Assembly (NCBI GenBank): GCA_013822735.1
Contig: PNKZ01000006.1
Coordinates: forward strand, 117,809 to 181,808
DNA length: 64,000 nucleotides
Origin: Pirellula sp.
Lineage (GTDB): Bacteria > Planctomycetota > Planctomycetia > Pirellulales > PNKZ01
Direction of reading: 5' to 3'
How positions within the stretch are numbered: position 1 is the stretch's first letter; each line of letters starts with the position of its first letter. The notes under the pieces are model-generated. The model saw only the letters and a list, made by a program, of their open reading frames with translations, did not search any database and was not told where the DNA came from. The position numbers were made by a program, and so were the translations under genes. This document shows positions 44,071-53,713 of this stretch, in pieces.

Positions 44071-45210
44071 TTACGGCAGCGGCAGCACCGCGAGTTCCAT
44101 ACTCTTATCCGCATTCTGCTTGAGCACCAACACGTCGGTCTCGCCGAGGCGATCCATCTGCACCACGCCGCTGTAGCCGTCGATCATCACCACGCGCGGC
44201 GTGGCGGGCTCATAACTCTTGTTCAAGCGGAGGAGCGCCTTCTCATTAACGTTCTCCTCTTCGCCGAGCAAGTCGCGCTCGAAGCGCACCGTGAAATAAG
44301 GACTTGGTCCAAACGGCCGCTTCTCATGATGGAAGCGGAGCGTGTTTGTAAGCACGTACTCTTTGCCGTCCTTGGTATATGTGAACATATCCTGCGGCCG
44401 ATTGCCGCTGCCGAGTTCCAGCACGCTCGTACCCTTCACCTTGGCGCCGGGCGAGAGGGAATCAAGCGAATACTTCACGACCGGCGTGCAAGCGAAGGCG
44501 CCGGCCAGGTACGTTTTGCCCCCTTCGGTAAACGGCATGATCGTCGACATCGGCGACTTCGTCTCCCACTTGTGATGCTGCACGTGGTACGTCTCGGCGC
44601 TGTGCAGGGCGCCGACGGCGTCGTGCTTCAACGGGCCCGCGGCCACGAAGATTTTCGAGGCGAATTCTTCCTGTGTGGCCGCCGCGGCGATGAGCTTGTC
44701 GTCGGCCCAAGCCACGTCGGAAATCCGGGAGACCGGCGCTCCGTCGGTCGGCAACGCCGTGCGAACGTAGTCCGCGCTGTCGAGATCCAGCAGGCCGATT
44801 TCGCCCGCGCCGTTTACCGTCAGCACGATCGGCGATTTATCGTCCTGCTTCCTTACGGCGAAGTAGGCCGTGCCCGAAGTCGGGCAGACCGCGAGGTCCA
44901 TGATTTCGATACCTCCCGCCGGCGCACCGACCGCCGCGGCAAGCTTGGCGTCGATACCCGCGATCGGGCTCGTCAGCTTGCCCGGCGTCTTCGGCGGCGT
45001 GGTCTGTACGGCGAAGATCGCGGCGCTCGGCCCGTCGCCGATGAGCAAGACGCCTTCCGGAGCAAAGGCGAGCACGTCGGCCGACTTGAGCGGAACTTTG
45101 CCGTGCTCGGGTTGGCTCAAAATCTTCGCGGCCGCGCCTTGCGGCGCAAGCGTGACGAATGTCAACGCGGCGCAAGCGCACGCGGCAATATGGAAAGACG
45201 AAACCTTCAT
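44071..45210 (-). CDS. Secreted hypothetical protein
   Basis: Signal peptide MKVSSFHIAACACAALTFVTLAPQGAAA. It lies 14 bp upstream of the previous gene on the same strand. Confidence 0.5.
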   Translation of the reverse strand: MKVSSFHIAACACAALTFVTLAPQGAAAKILSQPEHGKVPLKSADVLAFAPEGVLLIGDGPSAAIFAVQTTPPKTPGKLTSPIAGIDAKLAAAVGAPAGGIEIMDLAVCPTSGTAYFAVRKQDDKSPIVLTVNGAGEIGLLDLDSADYVRTALPTDGAPVSRISDVAWADDKLIAAAATQEEFASKIFVAAGPLKHDAVGALHSAETYHVQHHKWETKSPMSTIMPFTEGGKTYLAGAFACTPVVKYSLDSLSPGAKVKGTSVLELGSGNRPQDMFTYTKDGKEYVLTNTLRFHHEKRPFGPSPYFTVRFERDLLGEEENVNEKALLRLNKSYEPATPRVVMIDGYSGVVQMDRLGETDVLVLKQNADKSMELAVLPLP

Positions 45211-45322
45211 GCTCGACTCCCTCGTGAAAGATCCGGTTCGGACATTCGCCTACGCTTCCTACCTGCGCGTCATTGTGCGGCCGCGCACCGAGGGCGTCAA
45301 ACAATCGCTCATGCATGAGTTG

Positions 45323-46096
45323 CTAGCCCGACCAGTTCCGGCCGTCCCACGCCAGCACGCGCTCGAGAAACTTCACAGCGCCGTCGGCAAACACGCCGAG
45401 CAGATGCTCACCCTTCTCGGCCGTCGCATGTTGCGGGAACCCGATATGCCCCGGCTCGCTCCGGTCGGGCATCGTCCAACCGCGCACGCCCGGCTCAAAC
45501 GGCGTACCAAACGGCACGTCTTCTACAGCACCCAGGTCGCCCACCAGATGCGGCGCAATCCGCAGCATCATCGACGTCTCCCATTCGCACGCGTGCCCCA
45601 TCCGCCGCTGCACGAGCTCCGGCATCGTGTCGGCCGGCTTCCCCAAGTCCCAATAAGTGGCCAAGAGCAACAAGAGATCCTTCCGCTGCCGATGCTTCTG
45701 CCGCAACTCGTAAACTGCCTGACTTCCCGGCACATGGTTACCGCCGTGGCCGTTTAAGAACACGATTCGTCGAAAGCCGTGCGTGAGAAAGTTTTCAGCC
45801 ATGTCGCGGAGCAAGTCGAGATACGTGCGCGGCGCGGCCGACATGCTCCCGGGAAAATCGAGATGATGTTCCGAGTTGCCCAACCACATCAAAGGAGCGA
45901 AGAGCACGCGCTCGGCCAACGTCGCACTCGCACGCCGTACGACTTCGCCCAGCAAGATACTGTCGGTAAAGAGCGGCATGTGACGACCGTGTTGCTCCAA
46001 CGCGGCGATGGGAATCACCACCGGCACGTCGCGCGAAAGCGCAGCCACGTCGGGCCATTTCAAATCGGTCAGGTTCATCAGCGGTTCCGCCTGCAA
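45323..46096 (-). CDS. Creatininase-family amidohydrolase
   Basis: EQHGRHMPL and FLNGHGGN motifs. Confidence 0.75.
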   Translation of the reverse strand: MQAEPLMNLTDLKWPDVAALSRDVPVVIPIAALEQHGRHMPLFTDSILLGEVVRRASATLAERVLFAPLMWLGNSEHHLDFPGSMSAAPRTYLDLLRDMAENFLTHGFRRIVFLNGHGGNHVPGSQAVYELRQKHRQRKDLLLLLATYWDLGKPADTMPELVQRRMGHACEWETSMMLRIAPHLVGDLGAVEDVPFGTPFEPGVRGWTMPDRSEPGHIGFPQHATAEKGEHLLGVFADGAVKFLERVLAWDGRNWSG

Positions 46097-46285
46097 AAGG
46101 TGTCGATCCCGGCGAGCGACGGCAATCTACCGCACGAAGCCGGCCCGCGCCAAATTCGATATTCTCGACGCCATTCTCCCACCCGCCGGCAGATCGCGTT
46201 GCCGACGTCGCGCAATCGGGTTAACGTACTGGTTGCCCGCCCGACTTCTCCCCGCCGCCAAGCTCATCCCTTCCCGAAGGTTCGC

Positions 46286-48313
46286 ATGGTCTCCGCCCCG
46301 CCGACGCTGCGCCTCATGTCAAAACTGCGCCTCATTGCAACCCTGACTCTCGCGCTCGCTACGGCGAACACGCTCGCGGCGGCCGACGGGGCCAAACTCA
46401 CGCGCGGCCCGTATCTGCAACTGGCCACGAATTCGAGCACGACCATCGTCTGGCGTGCTACCGGCGCCACCAAGCCGGTCGTTCGCTACGGCACGGCTCC
46501 GGACAAACTCGATCAAACCGTCGACGCCGCAGCCATTGCGACGCGCGGCGCAGCTGATCTACCGCCAATCGACAAATCGACGCCGCTCCACTCGGCCCCC
46601 AACGGCACGCGGCAGTACGAAGCCGTGATCTCCGGGCTCGAGCCGAACAGCACCTATTACTACTCCGTGTCCGACGGCAACCGTCTCCTCGCCGGCGGCG
46701 ACGCCGAACATCGGTTCCGCACCCATCCGCAGGTCGGCACGAAGGCACCGTTTCGCTTCTGGGTCGTCGGCGATTCCGGCACGGGCGACGACACGCAGAA
46801 GTCGGTCTACGCCGGCGTGCGCAACTATTTGGCGAGCGACGGCCAACGGCCGCTCGATCTCTATCTGCATGTCGGCGACATGGCCTATCCGAAAGGAACC
46901 GACGACGAGTTCCAGCGCAAATTCTTCGACATCTACCAGCCGACGCTTCGCAACACCGTCTGCTGGGCCGCGATGGGGAACCACGAAGGATACACCTCGA
47001 AGGGCACGAGCGGCATCGGCCCCTATTACGACGCCTACGTCTGCCCGAAGCGTGCCGAAGCCGGCGGACTCCCCTCGACGACCGAGGCGTTCTACTCGTT
47101 CGACTATGCGAACGTCCATTTCATCTGCCTCGACTCGCACGACCTCGATCGCTCGCCTGCCGGAGTGATGGCGCAGTGGCTCCGGGCCGACCTCGAACGG
47201 ACCAAGGCCGATTGGATCGTCGCCTTCTTCCATCATCCGCCGTATACCAAAGGCTCGCACGATAGCGACAAGGAAGGCTCGCTCATCGAAATGCGCGAGC
47301 AGATCATGCCGATTCTCGAAGCCGGCGGCGTCGACGTGGTGCTCACCGGCCACTCGCACATTTACGAACGGTCGATGCTCATCGACGGCGCGTACCACAC
47401 GCCGACGGTTGCGAAGGGGGTGATCCTCGACGACGGCGACGGCAGTCCCGAGGGAGAAGGCCCTTATCGCAAGAGCGCCGGCATCCATCCGCACGAAGGA
47501 GCCGTGCAAATCGTGACGGGGAACGGCGGCGCGAAGCTCAGCCGCAAAGGTACGTCGCCCGTGATGCGCACCGTGGTGGTCGAGCACGGCAGCGTGCTGA
47601 TCGACGTGGCCGACGACACGCTCACCGGCATCATGGTCAACCGGCTCGCCGAGCGGCGCGACCTGTTCCAGATCGTTAAGCGCGGCACGGTGACGCCGCA
47701 GATCGTCGCCGCGCCGCGCGTGCTACCGCCGTTTTCGCTGCCGGTGAAGAACACGAGCGTCGACGCGAAGGGAGAGCCGGTCCTGCCGGCCGGCGCGGTT
47801 TCGATTATCGACCGGCATGCCGAATGGGAGTACCTCGCGGGAAGCCATCCCGTCGGCGAGGCTTGGAAGCTCTTCGATTTCATCCCGCCGACGCCGTGGC
47901 CCGTCAGTCAGGCCGGCTTCGGCTACGGCGACGACGACGACGCGACGGTTCTCAAGAACATGCAGAGCAAGTTCAGCGTCGTCTACATTCGCAACGAGTT
48001 CGAGCTCGACATCGGCGAACGTGAGCGAATCACCGATCTCGGGCTCGCGATCAATTACGACGACGGTTTCATCGCGTACTTGAACGGCCACGAAGTGCTC
48101 CGCGTCGGCGTCATGCAGGGCTCCGGCGCGAAGGCGACGAAAATCACCTCGCACAATCCCAAAGGGTACGAATACCACTCGCTGAAAGAGGCGATCAAGT
48201 ACCTGCAAGACGACGACAACATCCTCGCGATCGAAGGGCACAACAACCGGATCGCCAGCAGCGACTTTTCGCTCGACCCCTACCTCGTGGCGGTGAAGAA
48301 GCCGAAGCCATGA
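46286..48313 (+). CDS. Secreted metallophosphoesterase (purple-acid-phosphatase-like) with a C-terminal extra domain
   Basis: Signal peptide, GDSGTG, GDMAYP, GNHE, and GHSHIYER metallophosphatase motifs. Confidence 0.75.
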   Translation: MVSAPPTLRLMSKLRLIATLTLALATANTLAAADGAKLTRGPYLQLATNSSTTIVWRATGATKPVVRYGTAPDKLDQTVDAAAIATRGAADLPPIDKSTPLHSAPNGTRQYEAVISGLEPNSTYYYSVSDGNRLLAGGDAEHRFRTHPQVGTKAPFRFWVVGDSGTGDDTQKSVYAGVRNYLASDGQRPLDLYLHVGDMAYPKGTDDEFQRKFFDIYQPTLRNTVCWAAMGNHEGYTSKGTSGIGPYYDAYVCPKRAEAGGLPSTTEAFYSFDYANVHFICLDSHDLDRSPAGVMAQWLRADLERTKADWIVAFFHHPPYTKGSHDSDKEGSLIEMREQIMPILEAGGVDVVLTGHSHIYERSMLIDGAYHTPTVAKGVILDDGDGSPEGEGPYRKSAGIHPHEGAVQIVTGNGGAKLSRKGTSPVMRTVVVEHGSVLIDVADDTLTGIMVNRLAERRDLFQIVKRGTVTPQIVAAPRVLPPFSLPVKNTSVDAKGEPVLPAGAVSIIDRHAEWEYLAGSHPVGEAWKLFDFIPPTPWPVSQAGFGYGDDDDATVLKNMQSKFSVVYIRNEFELDIGERERITDLGLAINYDDGFIAYLNGHEVLRVGVMQGSGAKATKITSHNPKGYEYHSLKEAIKYLQDDDNILAIEGHNNRIASSDFSLDPYLVAVKKPKP

Positions 48314-49362
48314 CGAGCCGCATCGTAGATTCGTCGCACGCACAAAGTTGTAGGCACGCTCCGTGTGCCGTCGGTCGCAGCGCCTCATCGCTTTCGGCTA
48401 TCTTATTTGTCACGGCACTATGGATAGCCGCCATCGCATTGCCGCTCCGTGCTCACGACGGCCCCGAGCATGTCATCGAAGCTCTCAGTGCCGAAATGGC
48501 CCGCTCCGGCACGTCAGCCGAGCTCTTGTATCGCCGGGCTATCGAATATCGGGCCCTGCGCGATTGGGCCCACGCCGAAGCCGATCTGAATGCCGCGCTC
48601 GTGTTGTCGCCGGACGATTCCGTGTCGACGATCGAACTGGCACGCATCCTCATCCGGCAACCAAGCAAAGCATTTCATGCGGCGCTGCTCATCGACGGCC
48701 TCCAGCGCCGGTTTGAACTCATCGAGCCGAGACCGGCGTTTTATGCGGATCTGGTCGGCTTAGAGGCCGAACTGAACTGCGAATGCAAAGCCTGGGAAGA
48801 AGCGGTCGCCGCTTTTTCCGAAGCAATCGCGCTGCGCGGCGACACTGCTTGGTATCTCCTCCGCTCGCGGGCACAAGCTCATTTGCCGGAGCAGCGGCAG
48901 TCGCAACTCGCGGGACTACGCAGCGGCTACACAACAACGCAGAGTCCCGTACTCTTGCGCGAGCTTTGCGACGCTTTGTTGTCTCCTGCCGACGAATCGT
49001 CTGCGGCCGAACGTCGCGAAGCCGCCGAAATCGTCGAAGAAGAACTCGCTGCGAATCGCTATCGCAGTGCTTGGCTTCTGCGTCGCGCTCAGCTGCACAC
49101 GCTCGCAGGCCGCTCGGCCGACGCCGAAGCCGACCTTCGCGAAGCCCTGGCCGAACTCGCGCCGCGCATTCATCCGACGCGTCCCGACGTCGATCTCGTG
49201 ATCCAGCGCGGTACGGCCCGAGCGCTACTCGGACAAGTCGCCGAAGCACGAGCCGATCTACGCCAAGCCGAATGGGCTCATGCCCCCGATTGGATGCTTG
49301 CCCCGCTGGTCGAAGCATTAGGAGATCGCACCGCACCGACCGCAGTAAGCCCCGACGATTGA
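48310..49362 (+). CDS. TPR-repeat protein (start overlaps the phosphatase stop: ATGA)
   Basis: One TM segment, then repeated TPR-like A/L-rich helices. Confidence 0.55.
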   Translation: MTSRIVDSSHAQSCRHAPCAVGRSASSLSAILFVTALWIAAIALPLRAHDGPEHVIEALSAEMARSGTSAELLYRRAIEYRALRDWAHAEADLNAALVLSPDDSVSTIELARILIRQPSKAFHAALLIDGLQRRFELIEPRPAFYADLVGLEAELNCECKAWEEAVAAFSEAIALRGDTAWYLLRSRAQAHLPEQRQSQLAGLRSGYTTTQSPVLLRELCDALLSPADESSAAERREAAEIVEEELAANRYRSAWLLRRAQLHTLAGRSADAEADLREALAELAPRIHPTRPDVDLVIQRGTARALLGQVAEARADLRQAEWAHAPDWMLAPLVEALGDRTAPTAVSPDD

Positions 49363-49518
49363 AGAGGCGTCCGGGGCGAGCGTCGCGCCGTGAGGCCGAC
49401 GTGTCCGGGTCTTGCTCCGAATGGTTTCGCGTCTGAGAGATTGAACCGTACGAAGACACGTCGGGCTGACGCCTCGACGCTCGCCGTTGCCTATGCCACC
49501 GCTTTCTCGAGATTTGCG

Positions 49519-52344
49519 ATGAACGTTCGACCACTCGCCTTCCTCAGCGCCGCGCTGTTTGCCGCATCCGCTCACGCCGTCGACGACCCCGGTTTCACGC
49601 TGCCGCCGGGATTTACGATTGAGCTCGTCGCCGGGCCGCCGCTCGTGAATCATCCGACCATGGGAGGGTTCGACGACCAGGGTCGACTCTACATTTGCGA
49701 CGGCCCGGGCGACAACATGCCGGCCAAGGAACTGCTCGAGAAGCTGCCGAACAACATCCGTCGCTTGGAAGACACCGACGGCGACGGCCGTTTCGACAAA
49801 AGCACGATGTACGCCGACAAGATGACCTTCCCGATGGGGGCCCTCTGGAACGAAGGCTACGTCTACACGGCCAGCCCTCCGCATATTTGGCGACTGCGCG
49901 ACACCGACGACGACGGCGTCGCCGACGAGCGGAAGATTCTCGTCTCCGAATTCGGTTTCACCGGCAACGCCGCCGATATTCACGGCTGCTTCCTCGGACC
50001 CGAGGGACGCATCTACTGGTGCGACGGCAGGCACGGCCACAGTTTCACCGACGCCGAGGGCAATTCGCTGAGCAAAGGCTTGGCGGCCCGCATCTTCTCG
50101 TGCAAGCCCGACGGCTCCGACGTGCAATCGTTCGCCGGCGGCGGCATGGATAACCCGGTGGAGATTTGCTTCACCGAAGAAGGAGAAATGCTCGGCACGG
50201 TTGCCATCTTCGACAACAAGCCCGATCGGGTCGATGCGATCGTCCATTGGGTCTACGGCGGCGCGTATCCGTATCACCCCAAGGCGCTCGGCGAATTCAA
50301 AACCACGGGCGATCTGCTGCCGGCCGTGAGTCGCTTCGGCCGGGTCGCCCCGAGCGGCATCTTGCGGTACCGGGGCAATCATCTGGGGGACGAATACACG
50401 AACGACCTGTTCCACGCGCAGTTCAACACCCATCGCGTGGTCCGCACCAAACTCACGCGTTCGGGCGCGACGTTCACCTCGGTCGATGAAGATTTTCTCG
50501 TCTCCGAGAACCAAGACGTGCATCTTACGGACGTGATCGAAGACGCCGACGGCAGCTTGCTCGTGGTCGACACCGGCGGCTGGTTCCGCATCGGCTGCCC
50601 GAACTCGCAGATCGCGAAGCCGGATATCTTGGGAGGCATCTATCGCATACGGCGGGCAAACGACGGCCAGGGGAAGGTCGCCGTCAAGTCGGCGACCGCA
50701 ACGCTACGAACCGGCGAAACGGCATCGATCGAGCCGACCGTCGCGGATCTGCTCGCCGCCTTTGCGAAGGCGACCGATCCGTTTCGCGTTCGCAAGCTGG
50801 CCGCCGAACTTGGTCGGAAGCATGACCCGGCCGCCGTCGAACCGCTGCTCGCGCGACTCACGATCTCCGCCGGCGATCGGTTCCTCGAACATGCATTGAT
50901 CTATGCCCTCATCGAGATCAACGATGCCGGACAAACGGCCGCCGGGCTCGCGCATGAGCATCCCAATGTCCGACGCGGCGCGCTCATTGCCCTCGATCAA
51001 ACCGGCAGCGAACGACTCACGCGAGACGGGGTCGCAAAGCTGCTCGACACGGACGACGCACGGCTGCAATCAACGGTACTCGGCGTGATGCAGAAGCATC
51101 CCGATTGGGCGCCGGCCATCGTTGATTGGCTGAAGACGCGATTAGCGAACTCATCGCTTGCGGCGGAGCAATTGCCGCTCGTCGAGAATACGCTCTTGGC
51201 CTACAAGGCGGATGCGACGATACAGCAACTGCTTGCCGAGGCACTAACCAGCGACGCGACGCCGACGTCGCTTCGTTTAAGTTTGCTGGCGACGATCGAG
51301 CGTGCGGAACTCACGGGCAAACAAACGCCGCCGGCTTGGACGGCCGCCGTTTCGAAGCAGCTTGCGAGCGCCGACGACGCCGTGGTGCGGCAAGCGATCG
51401 ACACCGCGCGGCTGCTCGGCGAAGAGTCGTTTCATGCTTTGCTGATGAACGTGGCGCGCGACGCGTCGCGCGAGGAAGGCCTGCGCATTGCGGCACTCAA
51501 GGCCCTCGGAGCGAAGGCCGGCGAGCCCGACGCGAATCTCTTCGGCTTGTTGCATCGTCGGCTGACCCAAGCTTCCGATCCGCTCGACCGGCTCGCCGCG
51601 GCCGGGGTCTTGAGCATGTTGCCTGTCTCGAAGGCCGATCGCGTCGTGCTGGTCGCCGTCGTTCCTTCGGCCGGGCCGCTCGAACTTCCCGCGCTGCTGG
51701 GCGTGTTCGAAAAGCCCGGCTCCGCCGAGGAAGGGAACCGGCTCATGGCTGCGCTCGCGAAATCCCCCGGCTTGGCGAACGTCACCGTCGGGCAGTTGCA
51801 GCGCATCGTCGCCGGTTACAACGACAGCGCCGTCGCAACGGCCGCCGAGCCGCTCATCAAACGCCTCAATGCCGATGCGGAATCGCAACGGGCCCGGCTC
51901 ACGGAACTCGCCGCGCAGCTCGACGGCGGAGATATCGTGCGCGGCAAGAACCTGTTCACGATCAAGAAAACCAGCTGCATCGCTTGCCACACCGTGCAAG
52001 GGCAGGGGGCGCAGATCGGGCCCGACCTTTCGAAAGTCGGCCAGATTCGCTCACGCATGGACATCTTGGAATCGATTCTTTTCCCGAGCGCGTCGTTCGT
52101 TCGCGGCTTCGAAAGCGTGACCATCACGACCTCGGCCGGCTTGGAAACGACCGGCATCCTCAGCCGCGAGACGCCCGAAGCGATTTACTTGAAGACGACG
52201 CAGCGCGAAGAAGTGCGCGTACCGCGCGCCGACATCGACGAAATCGCCCCGTCGAAGCTTTCGATCATGCCGACGGGGCTCGACAAAGTACTCACGCTCG
52301 CCGAGCTGCGCGATGTGGTAGCGTATTTGCAGTCGCTGAAGTAG
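49519..52344 (+). CDS. PVC-type heme-binding CxxCH protein (membrane-bound dehydrogenase-like beta-propeller + HEAT repeats + C-terminal cytochrome c)
   Basis: Signal peptide, HEAT-like repeats, and CIACH heme-c motif near the C-terminus. Confidence 0.75.
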   Translation: MNVRPLAFLSAALFAASAHAVDDPGFTLPPGFTIELVAGPPLVNHPTMGGFDDQGRLYICDGPGDNMPAKELLEKLPNNIRRLEDTDGDGRFDKSTMYADKMTFPMGALWNEGYVYTASPPHIWRLRDTDDDGVADERKILVSEFGFTGNAADIHGCFLGPEGRIYWCDGRHGHSFTDAEGNSLSKGLAARIFSCKPDGSDVQSFAGGGMDNPVEICFTEEGEMLGTVAIFDNKPDRVDAIVHWVYGGAYPYHPKALGEFKTTGDLLPAVSRFGRVAPSGILRYRGNHLGDEYTNDLFHAQFNTHRVVRTKLTRSGATFTSVDEDFLVSENQDVHLTDVIEDADGSLLVVDTGGWFRIGCPNSQIAKPDILGGIYRIRRANDGQGKVAVKSATATLRTGETASIEPTVADLLAAFAKATDPFRVRKLAAELGRKHDPAAVEPLLARLTISAGDRFLEHALIYALIEINDAGQTAAGLAHEHPNVRRGALIALDQTGSERLTRDGVAKLLDTDDARLQSTVLGVMQKHPDWAPAIVDWLKTRLANSSLAAEQLPLVENTLLAYKADATIQQLLAEALTSDATPTSLRLSLLATIERAELTGKQTPPAWTAAVSKQLASADDAVVRQAIDTARLLGEESFHALLMNVARDASREEGLRIAALKALGAKAGEPDANLFGLLHRRLTQASDPLDRLAAAGVLSMLPVSKADRVVLVAVVPSAGPLELPALLGVFEKPGSAEEGNRLMAALAKSPGLANVTVGQLQRIVAGYNDSAVATAAEPLIKRLNADAESQRARLTELAAQLDGGDIVRGKNLFTIKKTSCIACHTVQGQGAQIGPDLSKVGQIRSRMDILESILFPSASFVRGFESVTITTSAGLETTGILSRETPEAIYLKTTQREEVRVPRADIDEIAPSKLSIMPTGLDKVLTLAELRDVVAYLQSLK

Positions 52345-52629
52345 CGAGGGGTGATGTGTGTGAAGCGTAGCGGGTGGCGATTGGGCCAGATCCGCAAAGG
52401 CGCCTCGTGGGCGGCCTATTGGGGCGACGCCCGAGTTCCGGTCGCAGCGATTGCGACGATTGCTCACGCATTCGTATTCTTCCGAGGCCTCTGCAACGCC
52501 CTGCACGCCGCAACCCGGCAACATCGCCATCTCGCGCCCGGCCACCGCCCGGCCGAAGCGGAACTCGTAAGCTAGCTTTAAGTTGGCGGCCAACGTGCCG
52601 CGTACTTTCACTAGCGTCGCGAGCGTCTT

Positions 52630-53700
52630 ATGGGTTTTGGTAACGAAGATCGCCAGAGTTTCCGCGCGACGGTCGTCGACCAATCCGAAGGAACGCTCCT
52701 GTTCGGCGATACCCAAATCAGCGTCCGCATGCTGGACCAGTCGGCGACCGGCTTCAAGCTTTCGACGGACGATCCACGACTGATCCCTACGATGGTCGAT
52801 GCGCTGCTCGACATGCACGACGGCGTGGAGCATACGGTGCAAATCCGTCACGTGAAGCAAGACGGCGAGCGCCAAACTCTCGGAATCAAACGCTACGAAA
52901 CGCGACTCAGCGGGGATTCCAAATCGTCGACCGGCGACAAGTCGCGTCGCATATCGGGTGCCACGGCACTCGTCGCCTTGGCGATCTTGATCGTTTGCGG
53001 TCTGGCGCTGCAAGCTGCGCCCGTTCGCAATCAGCTCGCGGCGTTGCCGCTGTTTCCTCCCAAGTCGCATCGTGTCTCGGCGACGACGTCGGACGCGGTG
53101 CCGGAGAAGAATCCGACGACTCCGGCCTTCGATCGCGAGCGCCCGTTTGAATTTCGGCGCTATCTCGAGGTCGACGCCGCCGATTGGCTCCACCTCGCAT
53201 CGGCGCAGCGTCAATTAATGCGGGGCCTGATCGAGGTCTGCGGCGGAGCCAAAATCAATCGAATGGTCCCCGCGCAGCGCGCCTTCGTCGATTTTGCCGC
53301 GCAGAGCTCGATGTTGCAGCTCCTCCACGCCGAGCAAAGAACACGCTTGGAAGCGGAACTAGAGCGACCGCTCAGCGGGTCGGCCTTGCTTCAAACCATT
53401 CTGGAGCGTTACGCGCAGAACGCGAGCCCGTCGGAACTTACCGAACAATTCGGCGCGCTGGTCTTGGTCTCGCCTGCAATCGCCGCCAAGTTCGGCGTTT
53501 CCCCGGAAATAGTCGCCGCGGTTTGCAAGCAGGTCGACGACGCTTTTCCGTCGCCGAGTAAAGAGGAGCAAGCGGCACGAGGCGCCGCAGACGCCAACCA
53601 GACCGTTCTCGAAGCCTCGATGCGCATCGAGCAACTCAAAGCAAGTTGCCGCACGCTGCTCGTTCCCGCTGCGGCGAAACCCGCACCGCTGGTTCCCTAG
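52630..53700 (+). CDS. Hypothetical membrane protein with an N-terminal PilZ-like segment
   Basis: RQSFR...LDQSATGFKL resembles the PilZ RxxxR / DxSxxG motifs. It has one TM segment. Confidence 0.45.
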   Translation: MGFGNEDRQSFRATVVDQSEGTLLFGDTQISVRMLDQSATGFKLSTDDPRLIPTMVDALLDMHDGVEHTVQIRHVKQDGERQTLGIKRYETRLSGDSKSSTGDKSRRISGATALVALAILIVCGLALQAAPVRNQLAALPLFPPKSHRVSATTSDAVPEKNPTTPAFDRERPFEFRRYLEVDAADWLHLASAQRQLMRGLIEVCGGAKINRMVPAQRAFVDFAAQSSMLQLLHAEQRTRLEAELERPLSGSALLQTILERYAQNASPSELTEQFGALVLVSPAIAAKFGVSPEIVAAVCKQVDDAFPSPSKEEQAARGAADANQTVLEASMRIEQLKASCRTLLVPAAAKPAPLVP

Positions 53701-53713
53701 TCGCCGTGTCGGC

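Noticed and set aside
52051-53214. 387-aa minus-strand ORF
   Set aside because: Arg-rich antisense of the PilZ-like membrane protein gene, whose composition and TM segment look genuine.
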